DNA of 64,000 bases from a bacterium (GTDB lineage: Bacteria > UBA8248 > JACPRG01 > G963555815). The first letter of the stretch is position 1. Every line of letters starts with the position of its first letter. The stretch spans positions 4,352,001 to 4,416,000 of the forward strand of contig OZ244653.1 in NCBI GenBank assembly GCA_965218795.1. Direction: 5' to 3'. A program made the position numbers and the translations under genes. The notes under the pieces are model-generated. The model made no database searches and was not told where the DNA came from. It was given only the letters and a program-made list of their open reading frames with translations. Of this stretch, positions 41,703-52,370 are shown in pieces.

Positions 41703-44009
41703 TTATCCCATCCTCCCGAGCGCCCGGAACACCTTTTCCGCGGTGAGAGGAATCTCCGCCACCTGGACCCCGAGGGCGTCACATACTGCGTTGGCGATTG
41801 CGGGGGCCGTCGGAACCAGTACGGCTTCCCCCACGCCCTTGGCGCCGAAGGGGCCAACGGGATCCCCTTTCTCAATGAAGTCGTACGCGATGGTGGGCAC
41901 ATCCAGGATGTTGGGAATCTTGTAATCCACCATCGTCCCGTTGGCCAGCACACCCTCCTCAAATACCATCTCCTCGACAACCGCATAGCCGAAGCCCTGC
42001 GCGACGCCCCCTTCGATCTGTCCCTCCAGACCCCCCCGGTTAATGGCCTGGCCGATATCGTGCGAGCAGACGAGGCGAAGAACCTCCACCTCGCCTGTCT
42101 CCTCGTCCACCTCCACTTCGGCGATGTGGGTCACAAAGCCGTGGGTCGGGAAGGCTTCGGGCGGCATGCCCCATTCCGTGAATCCCGATTGATGGGTCGG
42201 GTTCTCGGAGTTGTAGGCCCCCTTCCCGAGGATGGGGCCGTCCCGAAAGACGTTGGCCGCCTTGGTCACCTCCGCGTAAGAGAGGCCCCGTTCGGGTGCC
42301 GAGGCGAGAAAAACCCGCTCATCCTCAGTCCGCAAGTCGTCCGGAACCGCCTCCAGCATCTCCGCCGCTCGCTTCAGGAGTCCCTCACGGGCGTCTTCTG
42401 CGGCCATGCGTACGGAATTGCCCATGTTCAAGGTCGACCGGCTGGCGGCGGTGTAGGCCTCGACCGGGGTCCCGTCCGTATCGGCCGCGATCACCCGGAC
42501 CTTCTCGTACGGAAGCCCTAGGGTCTCGGCGGCGATCTGCGCGGCCACTGTGTACTCTCCCGCCCCGATCTCACAGATGCCGGTGAGAACCTGCGCTGTC
42601 CCGTCCGACATAAGCTTAATGACGGAAGAGGATCCCATCCCGCCGGTGGGTGCCGAACCACAGGCGATCCCGACACCCCGCCTGGTTCCAGTCCGGCCTC
42701 GGGTCTTCGAGGTCTCCTTCGCCTCCGCCCATCCGAACGCGGACGCCGACTGTTCCAGGGTTTCCCGAAGGAAGACGCCGGGATACGAACTGCCGTTCAC
42801 CATTGGGTCGCCCGGGCCCATGGCGTTCTTGCGCCGAAGCTCCAGCGGGTCCATGCGCAGCGTGCGGGCGACGGCGTCCATCTGGCACTCCACGGCGAAG
42901 GCGGCCTGGGGGTTTCCATATCCTCGGAAAGCCCCGCTCATGGATTGGTTGGTATACACGACGCGCGCATCGATCGACACGTTGGGGATCCGATAGGGCC
43001 CCCGGGACTGAAACGCGCAAAGCGCCGCCACAGAGGGGCCATGGTCAGCGTAGGCCCCCGTGTCCAAAAGGATCTTCAAGTCCCACGCCGTGAGCGTGCC
43101 ATCCCGTTTGACGCCCGTCCGGACGTTGGCCACGCTGGGATGACGGCGGTATGTGGTCGCCAGGTCCTCCTCACGGGTGAGGACAATCCTCACGGGTCGT
43201 CGCAGCTTGTACGCCATCAGGGCGGCGTATGGCTCAACGCGGGGTTTCTTGCCACCGAATCCTCCCCCAACGGTCGTCGAAATGACCCGGACGCGCGACA
43301 GCGGCAAATCGAGGAGGGCGGCGATGAGTTCCTGAGAGCCGAAGACCCATTGGGTCGTCAACCAAACCGTCAGCCGGCCGCCGGTGTCGACCTCCGCCAG
43401 CGCGGCGTGCGTCTCCAGGTACAAGGGATGGTGACCCTGGGTCTCAAAGCGATTCTCGATGATCTCGTTCGCCTCGGCAAACCCCGCCTCCAGTTCGCCG
43501 TATTCGTAGCCGAGCCGGCAGACCTGATTCCCATGACGCTCCTCGATCTGGAAGTTGATCTTGTGAGTGCTGAATTCCTCGTGCACGAGGGGAGCCTCGG
43601 CCTGAAGCGCCTCCTCCGGGTTGAAGACCGCCGGAAGCTCTTCGTATTCCACCTCGATCCGGTCCAGAGCCTCTTGGGCCGCGTCTTCACTGCTCGCGGC
43701 CACTGCGGCCACCTCGTCTCCGGCGTACCGCACCTTGTCGGCCGCAAAGAGCGTCTCGTCCTCCACCCAAAGACCGAACGGACGGTTGGGCGAGTTCCTG
43801 GCGGTGAAGACGCCCTTGACATCCGGAACGGCCTCGGCCTTCGAGGTGTCGATGTTGCGGATTCGAGCGTGGGGATACGGGCTGCGCAGAATCCGCCCGT
43901 GCAGGCAGTCGGGCGACCAGAGGTCAGCACCGTACTTCGACTCGCCTGTGGCTTTGGGTTGGCCATCGATGCGTGGAAGATTTTTTCCCAGGACGGCGAA
44001 TTCGGTCAT
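41703..44009 (-). CDS. Xanthine dehydrogenase-family molybdopterin-binding subunit
   Basis: RSPYPHARI, VGGGFGGK, AFRGYG.PQ, GQIEGG..QG.G, GAKGVGE. Confidence 0.93.
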   Translation of the reverse strand: MTEFAVLGKNLPRIDGQPKATGESKYGADLWSPDCLHGRILRSPYPHARIRNIDTSKAEAVPDVKGVFTARNSPNRPFGLWVEDETLFAADKVRYAGDEVAAVAASSEDAAQEALDRIEVEYEELPAVFNPEEALQAEAPLVHEEFSTHKINFQIEERHGNQVCRLGYEYGELEAGFAEANEIIENRFETQGHHPLYLETHAALAEVDTGGRLTVWLTTQWVFGSQELIAALLDLPLSRVRVISTTVGGGFGGKKPRVEPYAALMAYKLRRPVRIVLTREEDLATTYRRHPSVANVRTGVKRDGTLTAWDLKILLDTGAYADHGPSVAALCAFQSRGPYRIPNVSIDARVVYTNQSMSGAFRGYGNPQAAFAVECQMDAVARTLRMDPLELRRKNAMGPGDPMVNGSSYPGVFLRETLEQSASAFGWAEAKETSKTRGRTGTRRGVGIACGSAPTGGMGSSSVIKLMSDGTAQVLTGICEIGAGEYTVAAQIAAETLGLPYEKVRVIAADTDGTPVEAYTAASRSTLNMGNSVRMAAEDAREGLLKRAAEMLEAVPDDLRTEDERVFLASAPERGLSYAEVTKAANVFRDGPILGKGAYNSENPTHQSGFTEWGMPPEAFPTHGFVTHIAEVEVDEETGEVEVLRLVCSHDIGQAINRGGLEGQIEGGVAQGFGYAVVEEMVFEEGVLANGTMVDYKIPNILDVPTIAYDFIEKGDPVGPFGAKGVGEAVLVPTAPAIANAVCDALGVQVAEIPLTAEKVFRALGRMG

Positions 44010-44162
44010 TGTTTCCGCTCCAAAATGCACGGGAAGTCAGAGTCGCGCATGCGGGAAAGTCCCACTCGTTCTTGGTTTCGCGCTCGCGATCGACGATCAG
44101 TGGCTCCAATCGAACCAGTGAGGGAGCCCGACCCCAACCACTCAATCCGGCAAAGCTATCGA

Positions 44163-44203
44163 GATTGACCTGCCCCCACCAACGAGACCATCCACTACGT
44201 TAG
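44163..44203. mobile_element. Isolated IS3 (IS407-group-like) terminal repeat
   Basis: GATTGACCTGCCCC; perfect 14-bp inverse at 48201-48214; similar to TGCCCTGCCCCC at 56787. Confidence 0.55.
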
Positions 44204-44273
44204 ACACGGGACCATTTGAAGTCCACTCCAGGGGACCGGCGCCCAAGGCTTGGGAGCTTGGGAAACTGGCCTC

Positions 44274-44553
44274 GGGTGCCGGCTCTCGGAAATCCAGAGG
44301 CTACGCTGGGAGCATGTGGACCTGGAGGCGGGCGAGCTACGGCTTCCCGACACCAAGACCGGCACCAAAGGTGGTGCATTTGGGAGATCCGGCGATCGCC
44401 GTGTTGCACGGCATTGACCGGCAGGATGGCAACCCCTGGGTAATCGCGGGATGCAAGCCGGGGAGCCATCTGACAGACCTGCAACATCCCTGGTGGCGCA
44501 TTCGGGCGCACGCCGATCGCGACGACGTGCGGATCCATCACCTGCGTCATTCT
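44274..44553 (+). pseudogene. Tyrosine recombinase internal fragment
   Basis: GCRLSEI..LRW..VD..DTKTG..DVRIHHLRHS; one frameshift. Confidence 0.8.
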
Positions 44554-45059
44554 TGTGTGGTTCTATGGAGTTTCCACGCTCTCAAATATCGTTTATCTAT
44601 TTGTTTTCAATGTTGTTTCCGTGTTCACTGCAACCCGCCCGATAATGTCCTACCGGGGTGTGTAATCGTTTCGTAGCCGGATTTGCTCAATATCTAGGCG
44701 CGACATGTCCGCGCTTGTCGGTCATCGCTCCCCGGACACCTGATTTCAGCCCCCCAGCACTGCTGCGCGAGCGCATCTGCTCGACCATCTCGCGCCGGTA
44801 TTGAAGATGAGATCATGGAGCTTGCGCGGCTCATTCAGCACGCCTGGACGGATCACGAGTCCGCAAGGAATGCCAGCTAGGGCCTATTTGTGATAGGCAA
44901 GACAAGCCTTTGCCTGTCCGAACACGTCATCGATATCTAGAGGCTCGTCAGCGGGCCGCAGGGGATTCAACAGCGCCTTCGTTCTGATCCGAGCAAAGTG
45001 TTCTTCGTAGTCTTCGCGAATCTGCTCCATGCGCTCAGGCTGTCAAGCTCTACAAGCAA

Positions 45060-45846
45060 CTCGCCCTAGCACCAGGTGAACGGCGAACCGTGTGCGAGGG
45101 CGCTCTTCCCATATGCTTTGGCTTCCTCGAACGCCTCGGGACGTTCCGCCCGTAGCAGCGCTGTCCCAACGCCTTGTTCAGCACCTCGATCAGCAACTCG
45201 GTACGAAGATGGTGGCCCATGGACCATACCCACGATCCGGCGACTGAACCCATCGAGTACGTTGACCAGAGCCACGAATGCCACCCAAGTTGGAACGTCG
45301 GTGATCGCGGCGACCCAGATTCGGTTCGGCGCATCGGCCTGGAACTGACCTTCGACCCGATCCGGCGCCTGCACGGCATGGACCCAAGGTACTCCAAGAA
45401 GCCTTGTGAAGGGCCCGCTAGGGGACACGCTCGGCACCCGGACCATCGTGGACACCGCATGCGCGGCTTGGTTCACCCTCACGGGCTCGAAAACCTCCGG
45501 GGCACCATCGCGGTCTCCCGAGCAAACCAGACCGCGGCTTTTGTTAGGATCTCGCGCTATTCGCGAAGCTGCCGAACCTCTCGACGCAGCCGTCGAAGCT
45601 CCTCAAGCGTCGGTACTCGTCAAAACGTCTTCACGACGACCTTCATCGCTATCGGCCAGCCGCACCCAGGTGCAATCGTCTGCGCACTGCATCCGAACCA
45701 ACCTGCCAGCACCCCCACCGAGCGGTCCGAGCGCACCCGCCCGACCTTCTGACGTCGGTACGCCGGCGCGGAAGGGGGATGGGTTTTTGCCATTGGGACA
45801 CTTCCTGCCCACAGTCTTGAGGTGTCCACAGAATCGGGGCACTCCA
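45060..45846 (-). mobile_element. Degenerate IS3 element related to 20761-22171
   Basis: End TGGAGTGCCCCGATTCTGTGGACA at 45846; MAKTHP, F.AD.PNRIWV; many indels. Confidence 0.85.
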
Positions 45847-46073
45847 GCACGACGCGCACGGTCTCGTCGACGAACTCCCGGGGGGGTGTCTTCGGCCACG
45901 CGAATGAGCGGCGGGTCCGCCGCGAATCGCAGCAGGAGACCGTCGGGAAACAGGTGCTCGTCGAAACCCGCCTCGGCACCGGCGAGCACGTAGGAAAGCG
46001 CGTCCTCGTGCAGATAGGCGAAGGGTCCGTCCATCCCCGCGACGATGCGTGGCCATGTTTCCCTCCCGATTGT

Positions 46074-46380
46074 TCAAGAGCTGCCTCCGTCGTCTTCCAG
46101 AATCTCGCGCAGGTAGGCGACATGATCTTGAAAGGCACGCCGTCCCGGTGCGGTGATGCCGACGCGGGTTCTCGGCTTTCTGCCCACGAAATCCTTGACA
46201 CTCTTCACGTAGCCCGCTCTCTCCAGGGTCGTCAGATGCGATCCCAAGTTGCCGTCGGTGGCACCGGTAATGGCCTTGAGCCGGACGAATTCCAGCATTT
46301 CCTGGCGCGGCAGAGCGTTCAGCGCAGACATAATGCTTGAGGCGCGTCGACTGGTGAACGATCTCGTCGGGCGCGCTCAC
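46074..46380 (-). pseudogene. Winged-helix DNA-binding protein, frameshift near 46335
   Basis: DEIVHQSTRL / ATDGNLGSHL..LE.AGYV..K.F.G.KPRT. Confidence 0.7.
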
Positions 46381-46943
46381 CACGCCCGCCTCATCCACAG
46401 ACCGCCGAGAATGAGGGCGCCGCCGCCGAGGAGCGGAACGATGAACGGCAGGTGAGCCGGCGCGAGGTGAAAGACCCCGATGGAGAGGGCGGCCAACACC
46501 GCCCCGACGACCGCATAGCGGAGACCGACCCAGCATCCGGCGACCATGTAGGCCGCCGCGACCAGCATGGTGATGAGCGTCTGAACCTCGACGCTGGTCA
46601 CCGGTGCGAAAACCATCAGCGTCATCGCGACGAACGCCAGGAGGACGGTGGCCGTCGCAACGCAGCGAAACATGCGGATACGTCCGCCGCCTTCGCCGTA
46701 GCGCCGCGCCTGTCTGGAGACCAGATAACCAGTGCCGACGAATCCGATGATGTCGACGATGAGCCATCCGATGCCGGCATCGTTGGGCGAAAACGCGCCG
46801 ATGACACCGGCGACGATCCACAACGCGCCCCACAGCAGCAGGTAGGGGCTGGCCAGCCCGTACTGAAACAACGTCCGGCTGTGGCGCCGCGCCGTATCGA
46901 TGTCGTGCAGCCGCGATGCGGCCTCATCCCTGGTCACGGTCAT
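46377..46943 (-). CDS. Hypothetical multi-pass membrane protein
   Basis: About six hydrophobic segments; coupled to the winged-helix gene. Confidence 0.8.
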   Translation of the reverse strand: MTVTRDEAASRLHDIDTARRHSRTLFQYGLASPYLLLWGALWIVAGVIGAFSPNDAGIGWLIVDIIGFVGTGYLVSRQARRYGEGGGRIRMFRCVATATVLLAFVAMTLMVFAPVTSVEVQTLITMLVAAAYMVAGCWVGLRYAVVGAVLAALSIGVFHLAPAHLPFIVPLLGGGALILGGLWMRRAW

Positions 46944-47465
46944 GGATGTCACCCCTCCTTCCCCCAATAAGAATCCTCTTGCCGCGATCCGGCCACGTTC
47001 CGGGTCACGGTCATGGCATCATGCTCCGCTCTTGCAGACATCTGACGTCGACCAGCTTACGAAGAATTTAACTCAGTAGCTCAGAGTACTCTGTAGTACT
47101 GCCTTGTTGGTTGCCCGGCACGGCGCTGCCATGCGCGGAGTTGTCGCATAACATATTGAAATAACCAGGCGAATCCGTTGGCGCTGTTTCCTTTCCAGTG
47201 CAGATCACGTCCTTTACCGACGTTGTTTTTCAGGAAGGGGTGGAGCATGATCGACGCGATGGGTAGCCGCGCCGCTTTCGAGCGGAGAAGTGGCGGCGAC
47301 GATGGGGGTCCAGCGCGACAGTCGCCGGGCATGGCGGCGCAAATGGAATTCGATGCCGGCCCGGAAACGGTTGGTAGCTGTCGTGAGCGATTTGAAATAG
47401 GGCTGAAGAAGCTGCACGGAAGTGACCGGCAGCCAGTGGCCGCAAGCGATGGGAGGAGATGCGAG

Positions 47466-47807
47466 ATGGCGACATCCGGAAACCGCAGGAACACGGCGCT
47501 CAAGGAGGCGATGACGAAGACCCAGCTCTTGAACGCGCTGTCCGAATCGACGGGGCTTCACAAAAAGGAGGTGGCCCTGGTGCTCGACGAACTCGGACTG
47601 GTCATTGAGCGTCATATCAAAAGACGCGCCGTGGGAACGTTCACGCTTCCCGGCCTTCTGAAAATCAAGGCGGTGCGCAAGCCGGCAAGAAAGGCGCGCA
47701 AGATGATCTCGCCCTTCACCGGCGAGGAAATCACGGTGACCGCGAAGCCGGCCTCACGGTCGGTCAAGGTTCAGCCGCTGAGCGGGCTCAAGCGCATGGT
47801 GGAATAG
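47466..47807 (+). CDS. HU-family DNA-binding protein
   Basis: MTKTQLL..L...TGL.KKEV, FTLPGL.K, PARKAR...SPFTGEEI...AKPAS. Confidence 0.88.
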   Translation: MATSGNRRNTALKEAMTKTQLLNALSESTGLHKKEVALVLDELGLVIERHIKRRAVGTFTLPGLLKIKAVRKPARKARKMISPFTGEEITVTAKPASRSVKVQPLSGLKRMVE

Positions 47808-48200
47808 GCCGGACGCAGCGGGCAGCGGGACGGGGGCACTGTTGCGCTGTGCAGGTAGCATAGATATTCGACAAAACTGCGCCTGGACGAGCAGTGAACC
47901 GCCCAGGGTATCGGATCCTGTCAACAGCATATATCAGAATAGGGGTTCACTATCAGCCCCTTTTCTCGTCAATTTCCAGGCCATTTCACCCGGGATTTTC
48001 CGCCGCTTTTCGAGGGTTTTTGACCCGGAAACCCTTCGGATGGTCCAACCGATCTCGTGCGCCTTTTGCGGAGGGAAGAGCCTAGTTGACGGCGACACGC
48101 CCGAAGCAACCCGGTTGAACTCGGCGGAGCACAGCGCAGCCGGGTTCAACGACCCCTTGTCAGCATCGAGTTGCTGAGATAGCATGGGGTGCTGAACGGA

Positions 48201-48214
48201 GGGGCAGGTCAATC
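48201..48214. mobile_element. IS3-like terminal repeat, inverse of 44163-44176
   Basis: GGGGCAGGTCAATC. Confidence 0.5.
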
Positions 48215-48669
48215 AACACCTACCAGTTTCTCCGGCTGAGCATGGAAAAACAGGGGAGAGACCCCGCCAAAGAGCTTTCGGTCTTCTTGGCGGTCGATTA
48301 TGGAATGGACACCTATCCAACGGGCTCACCGTCCGTGACGACATGATTCAAAGCAATCCCAACGTGGTCCGTCGCTGGGTGCGCGCTACCCTGGACGCCT
48401 TCCGAGACACGGTCAAGAATCCCCAGAGAACGCTGGACAACTTCACGACCAAAATGCCCGAGGTCACCAAGGACGCCGCCGCCGCGGAGTTGGACGCCAT
48501 GATCCGGTCTCTCCTCTCGCCCGAGGCGCGGACGACCGCCCTGGGCTGGATCAAAGAGGATAAGGTCAAAAACACTCAGGACATGACCTTCGAGACGGGC
48601 AAGGCGAAAGGGAACAAATGCCCTAGAAAGACCTGTACACGAACGAGTTCCTCGAAAAGCGGCCCGTGA
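48212..48669 (+). pseudogene. 5'-truncated NMT1/THI5-like substrate-binding protein
   Basis: DYGMDTY/NGLTVRDDMIQSNP parallels DWGVKVYSNGVIVRDATIESNP of 55519-56544; begins at the IR. Confidence 0.7.
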
Positions 48670-49146
48670 CCAAGGGGGAGATACCGGCCCGGTTCCAGCG
48701 GATGGGTCTTTTGTAGCCGCGAACATCAAGAGCAACGTGGAGCGGGGGGCTCGTGAACTCCACGCCGCTCGAATCCAGGGTGAGTTAGCGCCTCAAAGCT
48801 TGTCTTTGTGCACCGGTGAAGCCCTTTTGGGAACCTTCTTAGGAAAAACGCTGCGCTTCCGATTCTCATTCCTCAAGGGAGGGTCGCCGACCCTCATGTG
48901 GGACAGTCGAGCTCAAGACCCGTGTTGATTGGAGGGGCGTAGGGTAGAAGGTCAAATCGGGAGAGATTTCTCGGTTCCCTCCTCGCTTCCCTCAGTGGGG
49001 CCTCCAGAATGACTCGATCAGACCATTCGGTCGTCTCAGAGTCGTCTTTCAGTAAACGGTGGGTCAGGCACCGAGGCCCTTCCTTTTGCAAAATCCCGTG
49101 AATTTGCTTCTCTTCATTCCGACCATTCTGCCGAGGAGGTTCCCTG

Positions 49147-50547
49147 ATGCTGTTCAAGAATGCCACCGTCATCACGGTGGACGCCAAACGTCGCATTATT
49201 CTGAACGGTGCCGTTGCCGTCCGCGGAAGTCGAATCGAGTCTGTTGGTAAGTCGAAGGAGCTCAGTCGCAAGTTCTCGACCGACGAATCGATCGATCTTC
49301 GGGGGGGGCTGCTCCTGCCGGGATTGATCGATTCCCACGTTCATTTGGCGGAGGGTCTCCTTCGGGGATGCGCGGAGAACCTTTCCCTCGTCCCGTGGCG
49401 GGTTGAGCGCGTCTGGCCGCTACAGGGCTCCCTGGAAGGCGATGATGGAAAAATCTCGGCCGAGATTTGCATCCTCGAGATGCTCAAGTCCGGAACGACG
49501 ACCTTCATGGAAACGTTCCTGGCCGCTCGCTATGGCCTCGACGGGATCATGGAGGTCATCCGTGATTCCGGCATCCGTGCGTGCGTGGCCAAGCTGATCA
49601 TGGATGACCAGGACAAGGAAGAACTGATGTTCCGGGGTATGCGGGAGGATCTGGAGACGACCCTCCGACAGGCACGGGAGATGCACACCAAGTGGAACGG
49701 GGCGGAAGACGGGCGGATGACCGTCTGGCTGGGTCCTCAGGCAGTAGACACCTTGATCGGTGCTCCCGTGGAACGCTTTCAAACAGAGAGAGGTCTCCGT
49801 GCTGTCGTTTCCTTGGCGAACGAGCTCAAGACGGGGATCAACATTCATTTCTGCGAGATCAAAGAGCAGCGCGATTTCATCGAACAGCGTTATGGATGTA
49901 CTCCGACCGAGTTCATGGAGCGTGTGGGCATGCTGGGCCCCAATGTGCTGCTGGTACACACCGTCTGGTTTGATCAGCAAGACATCGAACGCGTAGCAGC
50001 GACCGGGACCCACATCGTTCACAATCCCTCCGCGAATACCAAGATGGGGTCGGGTATCGCCAAGATCCCGGAAATGATTCGTGCCGGGGTGAACGTGGTC
50101 CTGGGTTGTGACGGCGGTCCCAGTAACAACACCCTCGACATCATTCGTGAGATGCGAATGGGTTCCTACATTCACAAGGGTTCCCGTCGGGATGCTTCCA
50201 TCATGACGGCGGAAACGATGCTGGAAATGACAACCATCAACGGCGCGAAGATGCTCGGGGCGGAGGACGAGATCGGATCGATCGAACCAGGGAAGCGCGC
50301 CGACCTGACCGCGGTCGACCTGCGTCGTCCTCACCTGATGCCCGCGCCCGACCCGGTGAGTACGCTGGTCGCATCGGCCAATGGATCGGATGTCTCCCAT
50401 GTCATGGTGGATGGTAGACTTTTGGTCAAGAGAGGCAAGGTTCTCACCATGGATGAGAAGGGAATCCTCAAACGCGGCGCCCAGGCGACCCAACGTCTGT
50501 ACAAGAGAGCGGGCCTCCAGCTCCCCATTGCTTGGCCTGTCGAGTGA
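49147..50547 (+). CDS. Amidohydrolase, MTA/SAH deaminase-AtzB-like family
   Basis: PGLIDSHVH, IHFCE, HNPSAN.K..SG, LGCDG. Confidence 0.92.
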   Translation: MLFKNATVITVDAKRRIILNGAVAVRGSRIESVGKSKELSRKFSTDESIDLRGGLLLPGLIDSHVHLAEGLLRGCAENLSLVPWRVERVWPLQGSLEGDDGKISAEICILEMLKSGTTTFMETFLAARYGLDGIMEVIRDSGIRACVAKLIMDDQDKEELMFRGMREDLETTLRQAREMHTKWNGAEDGRMTVWLGPQAVDTLIGAPVERFQTERGLRAVVSLANELKTGINIHFCEIKEQRDFIEQRYGCTPTEFMERVGMLGPNVLLVHTVWFDQQDIERVAATGTHIVHNPSANTKMGSGIAKIPEMIRAGVNVVLGCDGGPSNNTLDIIREMRMGSYIHKGSRRDASIMTAETMLEMTTINGAKMLGAEDEIGSIEPGKRADLTAVDLRRPHLMPAPDPVSTLVASANGSDVSHVMVDGRLLVKRGKVLTMDEKGILKRGAQATQRLYKRAGLQLPIAWPVE

Positions 50548-50641
50548 AGGGCCGAATCCCGACCCTCCCCTCGTCGCGAGCAGGCCGAGCATTCGACTGA
50601 GCGTTCTGGAGTTGACGCGCGAACTGGGCAACGTGGCCGAC

Positions 50642-50812
50642 GCCTGCCCCTGCATGCATTCGGCAGGCCAGCGGGAATGACAAGACGGAGGGTCTGCATG
50701 GTCTCCTGTTCTGTCATTCCTGCGCAAGCAGGAATCCAGAGCGTCCGTGCATGACAAGGACCACACGGGTTCGTGGCGTCAGGGTTCCCCCCTGTCTGCC
50801 GGCCAGGCAGGC
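50642..50812. repeat. REP-like palindrome cluster
   Basis: GCGGGAATGAC 50671-50681; GTCATTCCTGCGCAAGCAGGAATCCA 50713-50738; CCTGTCTGCCGGCCAGGCAGG near 50790. Confidence 0.7.
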
Positions 50813-50907
50813 ATCACGTGACGCAGCCGGCGCAATCGCAGGCAGGACACCCTTGGGGAGATGAGGGTTTTGTTGGAAGGCTTGAGGAGGCACGGGGCCG
50901 TATCCTG

Positions 50908-51498
50908 CGAAATCCCACGAGCTCGAACTCGTGACCGACCGGGCCAAGAACCTCACGGACCGGCGCGACGCCTTCGAGCAACTCAGAGATACCGCGGCCG
51001 AGGCCTACCGCGTCGAGACCGGCGATGTCTGGCGACCCCGGCGCAGATCCCACACCTCCCAGACCGGCAAGCTCACTTCGGTCATGATCGACGCCCGCGA
51101 CTTCCAGCGTGCCCGCAGGGACCGCGAGAACCAGGCCCTCCTGCCACAGGGAACGCTCGTCGCCGTTACCGATGGCAAGCAGGCCGGCGACGCCAACGCC
51201 ATCATCCGCACCCTCGAGAAGCTCAAGGCCAAGTACGACGATGTCGTCCTGGTCCACGGCGGCGGCCCCGGCGCCGAGAAGATCGCGGCCAAGTGGGCGG
51301 ACCGCAACGGCGTGCATTAGATCGTGTGCAAGCCCGACTGGGACGCGCCCGGCAGGGCAGCTCCCTTCCGGCGCAATGACGAGCTGCTCGATCTCCTCCC
51401 CAAGGGCGTCATTGCGTTCCCGGGTTCGGGCATCACGGACAATCTGGTCGACAAGGCGCGCAAGCTCGGGATCCCGGTCCAAGCGGGTCGCGGCATAA
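50908..51498 (+). pseudogene. Second DUF2493 gene: 5'-truncated, nonsense codon at 51318
   Basis: Closely similar to 22172-22923 and keeps the C-terminus AAPFRRND..VIAFPGSGIT.NL.DKA..LGIPV. Confidence 0.85.
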
Positions 51499-51883
51499 GC
51501 CGCACGACCTCGCGGGTCGCGCCGTCACCCGGCGACGCGGCCCGTTCTTCTTGCGCGTTGCTCACGGCTGCACCGCCCGCCGCGCTTCCCACCGCACCGG
51601 TGCGGACCCCACTGCTCACACCGCCCCGCACAGCTCCATGCACCATGCTCCGCACGGCCGCCCGCTCAATCGCCGCGGCGGCTCCCCCGCGCGTTCAGCG
51701 CCCGCGGAGATTCTCCCTTCGTTCCTTTTACTGAATTCGGTCTGTCGGACGCCAGTCGGCGTTTCACTCTCACCCCTGACGCACCCGGGGTGCCCTCGCA
51801 AGCCCGCGCGCGCTTGTCAGGTAGTGTCTTGCGCAAACAACGTCAGGGTCCGTCCGGTTGTTGTTGGATCGAGCGCATGTCGC

Positions 51884-51995
51884 ACCGATACACGTCCCCA
51901 ACTCATTGATATATAATGATATTTGCCTGGACCGATACACGGCCGCTACCAATCCGGGTGTGTGCGGGAATGCGCCGGGTCGATAGCGATACACG
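51884..51995. repeat. Three CGATACACG direct repeats around an IHF consensus
   Basis: Repeats at 51884-51894, 51931-51941, 51986-51995; TATCAATGAGTTG on the minus strand at 51899-51911. Confidence 0.55.
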
Positions 51996-52370
51996 CCAGG
52001 ATTCCCCGTGTCCGCGGCAATGTCACGATGTTCCCGCCGGGCCATGATGCGCACCGGGGTCACACGTGATGTCCAGTATCGCTGCCAAGCTGCCGTTTTT
52101 TCACCGAAAGAGGTGATGGAAATGCCCGCTGATCTTCCGCCGCAGTTCATCTACTGCCCGTATTGCGGGGAGCCGAAGTATCCAGGGATGGCTTGCCCGG
52201 GGTGTAAATCCCGAAAAAGTGTTTTTCCGCAACCTGCTAATGAAACGTCCTGTAGCGCCCCGAGGTCTTAATGGAGGGTACGATAAATCTGCTCAAGCCG
52301 ATCCTCCCTACGCCGGCATTCTTTGATCTTGGACTTTTGACCTGGCAATCTCAGTAAGCCAACGGATTTC

